Shown piece after piece: positions 29,379-38,523 of a stretch of DNA of 64,000 nt (position 1 is the first letter of the stretch; every line of letters begins with the position of its first letter). The position numbers were made by a program, and so were the translations under genes. Below the pieces are notes generated by a model that had not been told where the DNA came from, made no database searches, and saw only the letters and a program-made list of their open reading frames with translations. Origin of the DNA: Acidobacteria bacterium UBA2161 (GTDB lineage Bacteria > Acidobacteriota > Vicinamibacteria > Vicinamibacterales > UBA823); the NCBI GenBank assembly GCA_002328835.1, contig DCWN01000043.1:17740-81739 (forward strand), given 5' to 3'.

Positions 29379-31483
29379 CCACGAGTAGTTCTCCAAGGTC
29401 CACGCGCGCGCCGGCGGTCGTCATCGTCGGTCTTGCGCTGGTGAGCGCGTGGGCGGTCCACGCCACCGAGCAGGCCGCGTCTGACGAACCGCTGGCGTTC
29501 CGTCAGGCGATGCTGGCCGCCGAGGATGCGCGCGCGGCCGATCCGGCCGGCCTGGCGACGCTGCTCGTGGGCGTCGGGAGCCCAGACGAGGAGATTCGGC
29601 GGATCGCCTTGCGGGCGATCGGACGTCTGGAACGCTCCGATCTGAGCGAACGGATCGCGGCGTCGCTCGAGGCCGACGCACCGGCGGTGCGTGCCGAAGC
29701 CGCCAACGCGCTGGGCCAGAGCCTGCAGCGAGACGGCGATCCATCGGCGTTCGTGGCCGCGCTGCTGGTCCGGCTCGAGCGCGAGCGCGATTCCACCGTG
29801 CGCGGCACGGTGGCCGAGACGCTCGGCCGCCTGCCGTATCAGGATGCCGAGACGGTGCGACGTGTCGACAGGGCGCTCGCCATCCTGGCGGTGTCGACCG
29901 ATCCCGTCGTGCGCCTCGGCGCTGTGGGTGGGCTGGAGGTGCTGGGCCGGTTGCAGCGCGAGCACGGCGCGCTCGCGGACGGAACGCTTGCGCGGCTGAC
30001 GGCCGCGGCATTGGCTAGCGGGGCTCCAGGGACCGGCGGGGCCAACGAAGCAAACGAGACGGCGGCACGGACGCGGCGGCTGGCGCTATCCGCGCTGATC
30101 GGCGCGGAGGCCGTCACGTCGACGATCGTCGACGCGGTGCTCGGCGACCCCGACCCGCAGTTGCGCCGGCTGGCAGCGTCGGCGCTCGGCACCGATGCGG
30201 AGATCTCCGGTCGCGAAGCCCTGATCGCGCGCGCCCTGGCCGATGACTCCCCGATGGTGCGCCTCGAAGCGCTGGGCGCGCAGCCTCGGCTCGCCGAGGG
30301 TGCGGATTGCGATCCACTAGCGGCCGCGCTCGAGGATGCCAACTCGCATGTCGTGCTTCGAGCGCTGGATCTGCTCGGCGGGGCGTGCGCGGAGCGCCGG
30401 TCAATGGTGGGGTTGGTGGCGGGCGTGGCCGGCCGCCTCGATGACAGCGGCGCGTGGCATCAGCCGGCGCACGCCCTGGTCGCACTCGCCGCATTCGATG
30501 CGGCCCGCGCGAGTGCACTGCTGCCTCGATTCGGCGAGCACTCGACCTGGCAGGTCAGGATGTACGCCGCCCGTGCCGCAGCGGCGATGGGTGAGCGGGG
30601 AGCCGCCGCGCTCGACACGCTGGCCGAAGATCCGAACGCGAATGTCCGGGGTGCCGCCCTGCGAGGCGTGGTGGCGCTGCGAGGCCACGCGGCCGACGGG
30701 TTGTTGCTGGAGGCCCTGTCGAGCGACGACTATGGCCTACTCCGTACGGTTGCCGGGTTGCTCGCGGGCAGTCCGGATCGCCGCGCCCCGACCCGCTTGC
30801 TGGCGACGTTGGAGCGCCTGACCGCGGCCGATCGAGACACCTCGCGCGATCCGCGCGTCGCGATTGTCACGCGGCTGGGGGAGCTGGGGTCGCGACGCAA
30901 CGCGGGCGTGCTGCGGTCGTATCTCGAGGACTTCGATCCGCGGGTGGCGGCCGCGGCGGCGGAGGCGCTGTCGGCGTGGACGGGCCGGCCGGTCACCGCG
31001 CGCACGACGCGTCTGAGGACCGGGCCGACGCCGTCGCTCGCCGGCGCGCTGGGCCAGTCAGCGGTCCGAGTGCTGATGGCGAACGGCACCGAGTTCGAGC
31101 TGGAACTGTTCCCGGAGGAGGCGCCCGCCACCGTCGAACGCTTCGCCGGCCTCGCGCGCAGCGGCCACTACGACGGGTTGACCTTCCATCGCGTCGCGCC
31201 GAACTTCGTGATCCAGGGCGGCAGCCCCGGGGCGAACGAGTTCATGGGCGACGGCCCCTACATGCGCGACGAGCTGGGACTGCGTCCGCATCTGCGCGGC
31301 ACGGTCGGGATTTCCACGAGAGGCCGCGACACGGGCGACGCGCAGCTATTCGTGAATCTGGCGGACAACCCACGCCTCGACCACAACTACACTGTCTTTG
31401 CGCGGGTCACCAGCGGCATGGACGCCGTGGATGCGGTCCTCGAAGGTGACGTCATCGAGCGCGTCGAGATCCTTGACCGCTGA
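29375..31483 (+). CDS. HEAT-repeat protein fused to a C-terminal cyclophilin-type peptidyl-prolyl isomerase
   Basis: GTGA overlap with the M49 gene. N-terminal signal or anchor. About 500 aa of Ala/Leu/Arg-rich HEAT-like repeats (..VRAEAANALG.., ..VRLEALGA..). C-terminal LTFHRVAPNFVIQGGSP...GTVGISTRGRDTGDAQLFVNL. Confidence 0.8.
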   Translation: MTTSSSPRSTRAPAVVIVGLALVSAWAVHATEQAASDEPLAFRQAMLAAEDARAADPAGLATLLVGVGSPDEEIRRIALRAIGRLERSDLSERIAASLEADAPAVRAEAANALGQSLQRDGDPSAFVAALLVRLERERDSTVRGTVAETLGRLPYQDAETVRRVDRALAILAVSTDPVVRLGAVGGLEVLGRLQREHGALADGTLARLTAAALASGAPGTGGANEANETAARTRRLALSALIGAEAVTSTIVDAVLGDPDPQLRRLAASALGTDAEISGREALIARALADDSPMVRLEALGAQPRLAEGADCDPLAAALEDANSHVVLRALDLLGGACAERRSMVGLVAGVAGRLDDSGAWHQPAHALVALAAFDAARASALLPRFGEHSTWQVRMYAARAAAAMGERGAAALDTLAEDPNANVRGAALRGVVALRGHAADGLLLEALSSDDYGLLRTVAGLLAGSPDRRAPTRLLATLERLTAADRDTSRDPRVAIVTRLGELGSRRNAGVLRSYLEDFDPRVAAAAAEALSAWTGRPVTARTTRLRTGPTPSLAGALGQSAVRVLMANGTEFELELFPEEAPATVERFAGLARSGHYDGLTFHRVAPNFVIQGGSPGANEFMGDGPYMRDELGLRPHLRGTVGISTRGRDTGDAQLFVNLADNPRLDHNYTVFARVTSGMDAVDAVLEGDVIERVEILDR

Positions 31484-31572
31484 GGGACGGGGCCCACCAA
31501 ACTCCCTCGTCGCGCCTGGCCCTCGCCGTCCAGCCCGGCGCCAGCCATCGTCAACACACGTGAGTTCTGGGG

Positions 31573-32499
31573 TTAGCGGTGGCCTGACTCCGTCTCGCTC
31601 AGTGCGATCGGCTTGTAGGGGAGCAGGTCCGGGGTCAGTGGCTCGTAGTCGGAGATCTGGGTCATCAGCTCGACCGCAAACGATCGGAACAGCAGCGTAC
31701 GGCCGGAGCCGGTGAAGTCGAAGCCGGCCGGTAACCAGCGGTTGCCGACCCGGATCCGGCGGACGTTGATGCGGCTTCCCTTGTGCAGCCGCGCGACCAG
31801 CCCCCAGCCGATCGTGATGTCGCTCATCGCCTCGGCCTCGACCCGGATCACCTGACGGTCGTTCTCGCTGACCCAGGCTCGCCCGCTCGATTTCGCGAGG
31901 AGCCTGCCGGGTCGCGTCTTCGGATCGACCTCGGCACGCGGCGCGAAGCTGACGACGATCGCCGGCCGGCCGTTGATCTGCTCGCGACCTTCCAGCCGGT
32001 ACTCGAACAACCCGAGCACCTCCTCCATCATCTCGCGTTCTTCTTCGGCGTCCTCGGCGTCCTCGCGCTCGCGCTTCTGCCGGTCGCGCTCGCTCTCCCG
32101 CGAACGGTCGCGCGCCGCCTTCAGCCGCTCCGCGCGGTGTCGGCGGTCCTGCTCGGTGAGCTTCTCCTCCGAAAGCGGCTCGCCCTCCTCTTCGAGGAGC
32201 CGGCGGTAGGCGATGCCAAGTTCGGCGGATCGATAGACGCGGTAGAGGTTGGGTCCTTCCGCCTTCACCCCGCCGAAGAAGCTGATATCGGCCTCGACCC
32301 GTCGCTCGAGAAAGGTGTAGCCGTCGAGGACATCGGTGTCGAGCTGCAGGTTGGCGCGGACGTCCGCGAGGAACGGTTCAGCGTCTGGCAGTGACGCGGC
32401 ATCCTGTGCACGAGCACCGACCTCGAGCATGCCGGCGGCGGCACAGAGCACCGCCGCCGCGATCCTCACCGGGCCAGGCCCGACCCACCCCGTGTGCAT
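31573..32499 (-). CDS. Secreted protein with highly charged Arg/Glu/Asp-rich central segment, unknown function
   Basis: Start MHTGWVGPGPVRIAAAVLCAAAG (ATG comp. 32497-32499); the start is uncertain. The upstream 129 codons of the track ORF are Arg/Pro-rich and not protein-like. Confidence 0.6.
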   Translation of the reverse strand: MHTGWVGPGPVRIAAAVLCAAAGMLEVGARAQDAASLPDAEPFLADVRANLQLDTDVLDGYTFLERRVEADISFFGGVKAEGPNLYRVYRSAELGIAYRRLLEEEGEPLSEEKLTEQDRRHRAERLKAARDRSRESERDRQKREREDAEDAEEEREMMEEVLGLFEYRLEGREQINGRPAIVVSFAPRAEVDPKTRPGRLLAKSSGRAWVSENDRQVIRVEAEAMSDITIGWGLVARLHKGSRINVRRIRVGNRWLPAGFDFTGSGRTLLFRSFAVELMTQISDYEPLTPDLLPYKPIALSETESGHR

Positions 32500-32552
32500 G
32501 AAGCGAATACCCAGGGTCAGTATAGTGCGGCGGCCCGGGTCGGCGGCTAGAC

Positions 32553-33797
32553 ATGTACAATGATCGGCTGACGCAGATGGGGAAACTCCGCTACGGCGTG
32601 TCGTACTGGGCCGACCGGCAACCGCGCCGGCGCCCGACGTATCCGCGGCATCGCGGGCAGCTCGACGTCGATGTGGCGGTCGTCGGCGGGGGCCTCGCGG
32701 GGTGTGCCACGGCATACGCACTCTCGACGGCCGGTCTGAGGGTCGGCCTGTTCGAGGCGGCGCGGATAGGCGACGGGGCCGTCGGGGCGAGCACCGCGCT
32801 CGTGATGCAAGAGCCCGACGTCGATTTTCAGGAGACGCTCGACGCCCACGGACTGCGCGCGGCCAGGGCGATCTGGAAGCTGACACGTCGTGCCGCGCAG
32901 GACTTCGCGTCGACCATGCGGCGGCTGAAGATCCCGTGTCAACTCGACGCCCAGGATTCGATCTACTTCGCTGAGGATCCGGAGGCGGCGAAGCGGCTGC
33001 GCGGCGAGTGGCAGGCGCGCCGGAAGGCCGGCCTCGAGGCCCGCTGGCTGAAGAGCGACGCGCTCTGGCGCGAGGCCCGCGTGCGAGCCGAGTGTGCGAT
33101 CCGCGTCGCGGGTAACGCGCAGGTCGACCCGGTGCGTGCCTGTGCCGGGCTGGCGGCGGCGGCCGTCAAGCGTGGGGCCAGCGTCTACGAGCGATCGTCG
33201 GTCGAGCGAATCCGGCCGAGCCGGCGATCGGTCGAGCTGCGGACGGCCGGCGGCGGCGTTACGGCCGACCAGGTCGTCGTGGCCACGGGCCATCCAGGTG
33301 CACTGTTCCGGCCGCTGGGGCGACACTTCCGGACACTCGAGACCTACGCGGTGGCCACTCCGACCCTCGGGGCTCGCATCCGCGCCGAGCTTGGCCGTCG
33401 GCAGGCGATGTTGTGGGACGCCGCCCAACCGTACCGCTATCTCCGATGGACCCGCGACGATAGGATCCTCTTCGGTGGCGGCGACCAGACCCCGCCGCAT
33501 CCGAGATCGCGCGAGAAGGCGCTGGTGCAACGAACCGGACAGCTCATGTACGAACTGTCTGTGCTGTATCCGTCGATCTCCGGTATCCAGCCGGAGTACG
33601 CCTGGGCCGGTCACGTAGCGGCGGCAGCCGACGGCCTGCCCTACATCGGGCCGCACCGGAACTATCCACGTCACTCGTTCGCACTCGGGTTCGGCGGTAG
33701 CGGCCTGGCGCAGGGCTTCCTGGCCTCGAGAATCCTCGCGCGGCACTGCCTCGGCGAGCCAGCCAAGGGCGACGAGTTATTCGGCTTCACCCGCTGA
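32553..33797 (+). CDS. FAD-dependent oxidoreductase (DAO/glycine oxidase-like)
   Basis: DVAVVGGGLAGCATAYALSTAGLRVGLFE Rossmann motif. 414 aa. Its stop is 5 nt before bshB1. Confidence 0.8.
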   Translation: MYNDRLTQMGKLRYGVSYWADRQPRRRPTYPRHRGQLDVDVAVVGGGLAGCATAYALSTAGLRVGLFEAARIGDGAVGASTALVMQEPDVDFQETLDAHGLRAARAIWKLTRRAAQDFASTMRRLKIPCQLDAQDSIYFAEDPEAAKRLRGEWQARRKAGLEARWLKSDALWREARVRAECAIRVAGNAQVDPVRACAGLAAAAVKRGASVYERSSVERIRPSRRSVELRTAGGGVTADQVVVATGHPGALFRPLGRHFRTLETYAVATPTLGARIRAELGRRQAMLWDAAQPYRYLRWTRDDRILFGGGDQTPPHPRSREKALVQRTGQLMYELSVLYPSISGIQPEYAWAGHVAAAADGLPYIGPHRNYPRHSFALGFGGSGLAQGFLASRILARHCLGEPAKGDELFGFTR

Positions 33798-33802
33798 AAC
33801 CC

Positions 33803-34519
33803 ATGCAAGTCGACGTGCTGGCCTTCGGGCCGCATCCTGACGACATCGAGATCGGCATCGGCGGGACCCTGGCGAAGCATGTCCATGCCGGCCACCGGGT
33901 CGGGCTGTGCGACCTGACTCGCGGCGAGCTGGGCAGCAACGGGACGGTCGAGGTGAGACTCGAGGAGGCACAGGCGGCCGCCCGTGTGCTAGGCGCGAGC
34001 TGGCGCGAGAACCTCGGGCTGCCCGACGGCGGACTGCGGGACGACTCCGACCAGGTGCGCGCCGCGGCCGAGTTCATCCGGCGCTGTCGACCGCGCACCG
34101 TGGCGGCTCCGTACGGGCAAGACCGACATCCAGACCACGTGAATGGCAGCCGGCTGGTGGCGGCGGCAGTGTTCGCGGCTGGGTTGCGCCGCGCCAAGAT
34201 CGAGGGCGAGCCCTGGCGACCCGACTGGATCTGTCACTACTTCATCAACGACACGACGCAGCCCTCCTTCGTCGTCGACGTGTCCGATCACTACGAGACG
34301 AAGCGCCGGGCACTCCGGTGCCACGCATCGCAGTTCGAGGCCGCTTCCAAGACCGCCGTGGGGACTCGTCTGAACGCTCCGTCGTTCCTCCGCCTGGTGG
34401 AGTCGCGCGACGAGCACTTCGGTGCGCGGCTGGGTGTCGCATACGCCGAAGGCTTCGTGGTGACCGAGCCGATCGTGCGACAGGGCCTGCTCCGCGACGA
34501 GGGTCCGGAGACGCCGTGA
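33803..34519 (+). CDS. bshB1: Bacillithiol biosynthesis deacetylase BshB1 (PIG-L/LmbE family)
   Basis: VDVLAFGPHPDDIEIGIGGTLAKHVHAGHRVGLCDLTRGELGSNGTVEVRLEEAQAAARVLG...RENLGLPDGGL is colinear with Bacillus BshB1. Translationally coupled to bshA. Confidence 0.85.
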   Translation: MQVDVLAFGPHPDDIEIGIGGTLAKHVHAGHRVGLCDLTRGELGSNGTVEVRLEEAQAAARVLGASWRENLGLPDGGLRDDSDQVRAAAEFIRRCRPRTVAAPYGQDRHPDHVNGSRLVAAAVFAAGLRRAKIEGEPWRPDWICHYFINDTTQPSFVVDVSDHYETKRRALRCHASQFEAASKTAVGTRLNAPSFLRLVESRDEHFGARLGVAYAEGFVVTEPIVRQGLLRDEGPETP

Positions 34520-35658
34520 ACATCGGCATTGTCTGCTACGCGTCGGTCGGCGGCAGCGGCATCGTCGCCACCGAATTGGGCCGCGCGCTCGCGGGACGCG
34601 GGCACCAGGTCCGTCTGGTCAGCAGCGAGTTGCCGTTCCGCTTCGGCGACTATCATCCCGGCCTCGGTTTTCACCCGGTCCAGGCGCCGCTCTATCCTCC
34701 GCTGCGGGAACCGCAGTACTTGCTGTCGCTGGCGAACAAGCTCGTGCAGGTGTCGCGCGAGTTCTCGCTCGATGTCATTCACGCGCACTACGCGATTCCG
34801 CACGCCGCGGGCGCGTATCTGGCCCGGCAGATTCTTGCTACGAGTGGCGACGACCGCGTCCCGAAGGTCATCACGACGCTCCACGGCACCGATGTGACCC
34901 TGGTCGGCGCGGATCCGTCGTACTCTCGCACGGTCACGTTCTGCATCGATCAGTCGGACGGCGTCACCACCGTCTCGGAGAGCCTCAAGGCCGAAACGAT
35001 CCGCGAGTTGTCGGTCGGCGCCGACATCCGCGTGATCCCGAACTTCCTCGATTGCGACCGCTATCGCCGAGTGCCCGATCCGGAACTCCGCGCGCGGCTG
35101 GCGGGCGACGACCCGGCGACGAAGCTCGTCATCCACATGTCGAATTTCAGGCCCGTGAAGCGGGTCGACGCGGTGGTCGAGGTGTTCCGCCAGATCCACG
35201 CGCGCGTGCCCGCGCGGCTGGTCTTCGTGGGAGACGGCCCGGAGCTCGCGCCGGCCTGCGAGCAGGCACGCGAGTTGGGGCTGGGCGACGCGGTCGAGTC
35301 GCTCGGCGAGCAGGAGCAGATCGTGCCGCTCCTCTCGGCGGCCGATCTGGCCCTGCTGCCGTCGGCCACCGAAGGGTTCGGCCTTGCCGCGCTCGAGGCG
35401 ATGGCCTGCGAGACGCCGGTCATTGCCTCGCGGGTGGGCGGGCTGCCCGAGGTGATCGAGCACGACGTGAGCGGCTACCTGCATCCCCCCGAGGACCTGG
35501 CCGCGATGGCCGACAGCGCCGTCGCGCTGTTGACCGACGAGCCCCGGCATCGGGAGGTCGCCCTGGCGGGGCGCGACGTGGCGCTCAAGAAGTATTGCGC
35601 CGACGCGATCGTGCCGCGCTACGAGGACTACTACCGAGAGATCGTCGGCGTCCGCTGA
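34516..35658 (+). CDS. bshA: N-acetyl-alpha-D-glucosaminyl L-malate synthase BshA (GT4 glycosyltransferase)
   Basis: GTG 34516 (GTGA overlap). IGIVCYASVGGSGIVATELG, DVIHAHYAIPHA, TTLHGTDVT, HMSNFRPVKRV, VGDGPE, EGFGLAALEAMAC, GGLPEVIEHDVSG all track B. subtilis BshA block by block. Confidence 0.9.
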   Translation: MNIGIVCYASVGGSGIVATELGRALAGRGHQVRLVSSELPFRFGDYHPGLGFHPVQAPLYPPLREPQYLLSLANKLVQVSREFSLDVIHAHYAIPHAAGAYLARQILATSGDDRVPKVITTLHGTDVTLVGADPSYSRTVTFCIDQSDGVTTVSESLKAETIRELSVGADIRVIPNFLDCDRYRRVPDPELRARLAGDDPATKLVIHMSNFRPVKRVDAVVEVFRQIHARVPARLVFVGDGPELAPACEQARELGLGDAVESLGEQEQIVPLLSAADLALLPSATEGFGLAALEAMACETPVIASRVGGLPEVIEHDVSGYLHPPEDLAAMADSAVALLTDEPRHREVALAGRDVALKKYCADAIVPRYEDYYREIVGVR

Positions 35659-35687
35659 GCCGAGTGCGATATAGTCGAAGGCATCTC

Positions 35688-38390
35688 ATGCTCAGACAGC
35701 TAGCGGTCCGTGGTGAAAGTGCCGCGTGGCGAATGCCGCGGCACCTTCACCGCAGGCTGCTAAGCGCGTTCGTGCTGGTGCTCGTGGCCGGCGGGATTGC
35801 GGTGTCGCTCGTGCACGGTCAGATGCAGGTCCGGCCCGTGGCCGACGAGGAAGGTCACGCCGGCCTCGGCCTGGTACTTCGCAAGCTGACCACCGTCGGC
35901 TCGTTCATGATGGCGACGGCCCACCCCGACGACGAGAACAATGCGCTGCTGGCCCTGCTGAGCCACGGCCGGGGCATCCGCACCGCCCTGGTCTCGGCCA
36001 CGCGCGGTGACGGCGGGCAGAACGAGATCGGTGCCGAGTTGTTCGACGCGCTGGCGGTGTTGCGGACCGAGGAATTGCTCGCGGCGCATCGGTTCGACGG
36101 AGCCGAGCAGTACTTCACCCGTGCGGTCGATTTCGGTTACTCGTTCAGCGTGGAGGAAACGTTCGAGCGGTGGGGGCGGCAGGAGATCCTGGGCGACTTC
36201 GTGCGGATGATCCGCACGCTGCGTCCGGACGTCATCACCGGACTGCGTCCGACCGGCGGCGGCGGCCAGCACCACCAGGCGTCGGCCATCCTCGCGCAGG
36301 AAGCCTTCCGGGCCGCGGCCGACCCGACGCAGTTTCCCGAGCAGATTGCCGATGGGCTCCGACCGTGGCAAGCCAAGAAGTTCTACTTCAGCGCCGGATT
36401 CGGGTTTCGGGGCGCGCCCGCCGGTGCGGACACCGAGGGGCTCGAGACGATCGACCTTAGCGGTTTCGACCCGCTGCTCGGCCGTACCTACGCCGATATC
36501 GGGAGCGAAGCCCGGAGCATGCACAAGTGCCAGGGGATGCCGCAGGTCCTGCGGCTGCCGGGAGACTCCCGGGCTCGGTACACGCTGGCCGACACGACGA
36601 TCGCGAACCGTAACGGCGGCGACGACGCACCGCTGTTCGACGGCATCGACACGAGTCTGGCGAGCCTAATTCAGTACGCCGGTGCCCGGGCGCCGCGCGG
36701 ACTCGCCGTCGTCCTGACGAGCATCGCGCAGCAGGCGCGCGAGGCGCAGCGGCAGTTCAGCCAGTCGGGGATCGACGCGACACGGCAGCCGCTGTTGAAC
36801 GGTTTGGCTGCGGTCAGAAACCTGCGCGGCCAACTCCGGACGTTCGGGTTAAGCGACGATGCGGTGTACGAGATCGACTTCCGTCTCGCGCAGAAGGAAG
36901 AACAGTTCCAACGTGCAGTGATGCTGGCCCACGGCGTCCGCCTCGAGGCCCTGGCCGATGATGGCGTGGTGACGGCGGGGCAGCCGGTACGGGTGTCGGC
37001 GCTGGTGGCCAACCGCGGGGCGGCAGACGTGGCCGTGCGGCGCGTGTCGTTCGAAGGGTTCGACGGTGCGGCGCTGGGATGCGGTGCCGACGTCGTGACG
37101 GCCGGCGGCGTCTACACCTGCGACTCGTATCTCAGCGTACCCGCCGCGGCCGCACAGACGACGCCGTATTTTTCGCGGCTGCCGGACGCTGCGCGCTACC
37201 GCTTCGACGCCGACGCCGCGTTCGGACTGCCCTTCGAGCCGTCGCCCTTCCAGGCAACGTTTGCCATTGGCTTCTCTCGCGAACAGGTCTCGGTGCGGGT
37301 CCCCATCCAGTTCCGCTACGAGAAGGAGATCTTCAGCGGCGAGAAGCGGACCGAGCTGAACGTCGTGCCTCGCCTGGCGGTCCAGCTGTCTCCGGAGATC
37401 GCCGTCGCGCCCGTCCGGAGCGAGGCGCCCCGCGAGCTTCGCGTCATCGTCTCCAATCGCGGCGCGGACCCGACCCGCGCCGACGTGGCGCTCGACGTGC
37501 CGGCCGGGTGGCAGGTGGAACCCGCCGAGGCGTCGATCGCGTTTGCACGCGAGGACGAGGAGCGCACGGTGCGCTTCTTCGTCACCCCGGCGGCCGGCGT
37601 GGCCGTGGGCGATCACACCGTGACCGCACGGGTGACCAGCGATGGCGCCAGGTTCGAGCAGGGATACCAGGTCGTCGAGTACCCGCACACGCAGCCCAGA
37701 CACCTGACCACGACCGCCGAAGCGCGCATCAAGGTGATCGATGTCCTGGTCGCGTCGGATGTGCTGGTGGGGTACGTCATGGGCGCGGGCGACCAGATGC
37801 CTACCGCGATCGAGCAGCTGGGCGGTCGAGTCGAGCGGTTGAGTGGCGACGTCTTGGCCTGGGGCGACCTGTCGAAGTACGACCTCATCATCACGGGTGT
37901 GCGCGCCTACGAACTGGATGCCGACCTGCGCGCGCACAACGATCGTTTGATGAGCTACGTCGAAGACGGTGGCACGGTCATCGTGCAGTACAACAAGTTC
38001 GGCTTCAACGACGCGCAGTACGGACCGTTTCCGGCGCAGGTGAGTCGAAGCCGGATTACCGACGAGGGCGCTCCGGTGGAGCTGCTCGTGCCGAACCACC
38101 CGCTGTTCAACGAGCCGAATCCGATCGACGCAACCGTGTGGGACGGCTGGGTCCAGGAGCGCGGCCTGTACTTCCTGGGCGAGCGCGCGCCCCAGTACGT
38201 CGACCTGGTGTCGATGGAAGATCCGTTCGAGAACAACCCCGGCGTCAAGGACGGCGCGCTGGTCGAGGCGCGGGTGGGACAGGGGCGCTGGCTCTACGTC
38301 GCGCTCGGCCTCTGGCGGCAGCTGCCGGCAGGCACCGAGGGCGCCTACCGATTGCTCGCCAACCTCCTCAGCGTCGCCGACGCCCCGTAA
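35688..38390 (+). CDS. Large multidomain PIG-L/LmbE-family deacetylase (~900 aa) with C-terminal glutamine-amidotransferase-like/ThuA-like region
   Basis: N-terminal anchor, then MMATAHPDDENNALLALLSHGRGIRTALVSATRGDGGQNEIG (PIG-L motif). Long beta-rich middle. C-terminal IKVIDVLVASDVLVGYVMGAGD...YDLIITGVRAY...GGTVIVQYNK. The start is ATG 35688 or ATG 35733. The track ORF start 35052 overlaps bshA. Confidence 0.8.
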   Translation: MLRQLAVRGESAAWRMPRHLHRRLLSAFVLVLVAGGIAVSLVHGQMQVRPVADEEGHAGLGLVLRKLTTVGSFMMATAHPDDENNALLALLSHGRGIRTALVSATRGDGGQNEIGAELFDALAVLRTEELLAAHRFDGAEQYFTRAVDFGYSFSVEETFERWGRQEILGDFVRMIRTLRPDVITGLRPTGGGGQHHQASAILAQEAFRAAADPTQFPEQIADGLRPWQAKKFYFSAGFGFRGAPAGADTEGLETIDLSGFDPLLGRTYADIGSEARSMHKCQGMPQVLRLPGDSRARYTLADTTIANRNGGDDAPLFDGIDTSLASLIQYAGARAPRGLAVVLTSIAQQAREAQRQFSQSGIDATRQPLLNGLAAVRNLRGQLRTFGLSDDAVYEIDFRLAQKEEQFQRAVMLAHGVRLEALADDGVVTAGQPVRVSALVANRGAADVAVRRVSFEGFDGAALGCGADVVTAGGVYTCDSYLSVPAAAAQTTPYFSRLPDAARYRFDADAAFGLPFEPSPFQATFAIGFSREQVSVRVPIQFRYEKEIFSGEKRTELNVVPRLAVQLSPEIAVAPVRSEAPRELRVIVSNRGADPTRADVALDVPAGWQVEPAEASIAFAREDEERTVRFFVTPAAGVAVGDHTVTARVTSDGARFEQGYQVVEYPHTQPRHLTTTAEARIKVIDVLVASDVLVGYVMGAGDQMPTAIEQLGGRVERLSGDVLAWGDLSKYDLIITGVRAYELDADLRAHNDRLMSYVEDGGTVIVQYNKFGFNDAQYGPFPAQVSRSRITDEGAPVELLVPNHPLFNEPNPIDATVWDGWVQERGLYFLGERAPQYVDLVSMEDPFENNPGVKDGALVEARVGQGRWLYVALGLWRQLPAGTEGAYRLLANLLSVADAP
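35700..35762. mobile_element. Mini copy (two arms, no core) of the CTAGCGG..GTGCCG TIR element family
   Basis: CTAGCGGTCCGTGGTGAAAGTGCCGCG-(10-nt loop)-CGCGGCACCTTCACCGCAGGCTGCTAA. The arms match the TIRs of 43242..43407. It forms a ~27-bp imperfect hairpin with ATG 35733 in the apical loop. Confidence 0.75.
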
Positions 38391-38394
38391 TCAC

Positions 38395-38413
38395 TGTGGG
38401 GCTCTGCCCCACA
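38395..38413. repeat. GC hairpin 5 nt after the stop codon (REP-like/terminator-like), first unit of a repeat-filled spacer
   Basis: TGTGGGGC-TCT-GCCCCACA, 8-bp stem. The following ~100 nt (..CGCTCGCGGGGACTCAACGCCCCGCGCC..) resemble 53267..53330. Confidence 0.6.
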
Positions 38414-38523
38414 CCCCGGCTCGGTCGCTCGCGGGGACTCAACGCCCCGCGCCATTCCCTCGCGGGCCGCGCCGTGCGCGGCCTGTCTCCCTCACGAACC
38501 GCTAGCGCGAGCGATCACTTCCT

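Noticed and set aside
26461-32499. Possible paralogy between the secreted proteins 26461..27309 and 31573..32499, which flank the M49/cyclophilin pair.
   Set aside because: Only the vague architecture is similar (a signal peptide, with ..ING/VDGR..beta-strand patterns near the C-terminus). I could not produce a convincing residue-level alignment by eye.
35052-35687. N-terminal extension of the large PIG-L ORF. Similar extensions occur at 33907..34515 for bshA, 51485..52594 for modC, 10581..10838 for pfkB and 2250..2504 for mtfA.
   Set aside because: The extensions overlap well-supported upstream genes in another frame, are Arg-rich, and are followed by in-frame starts with SD sequences or stop-start coupling.
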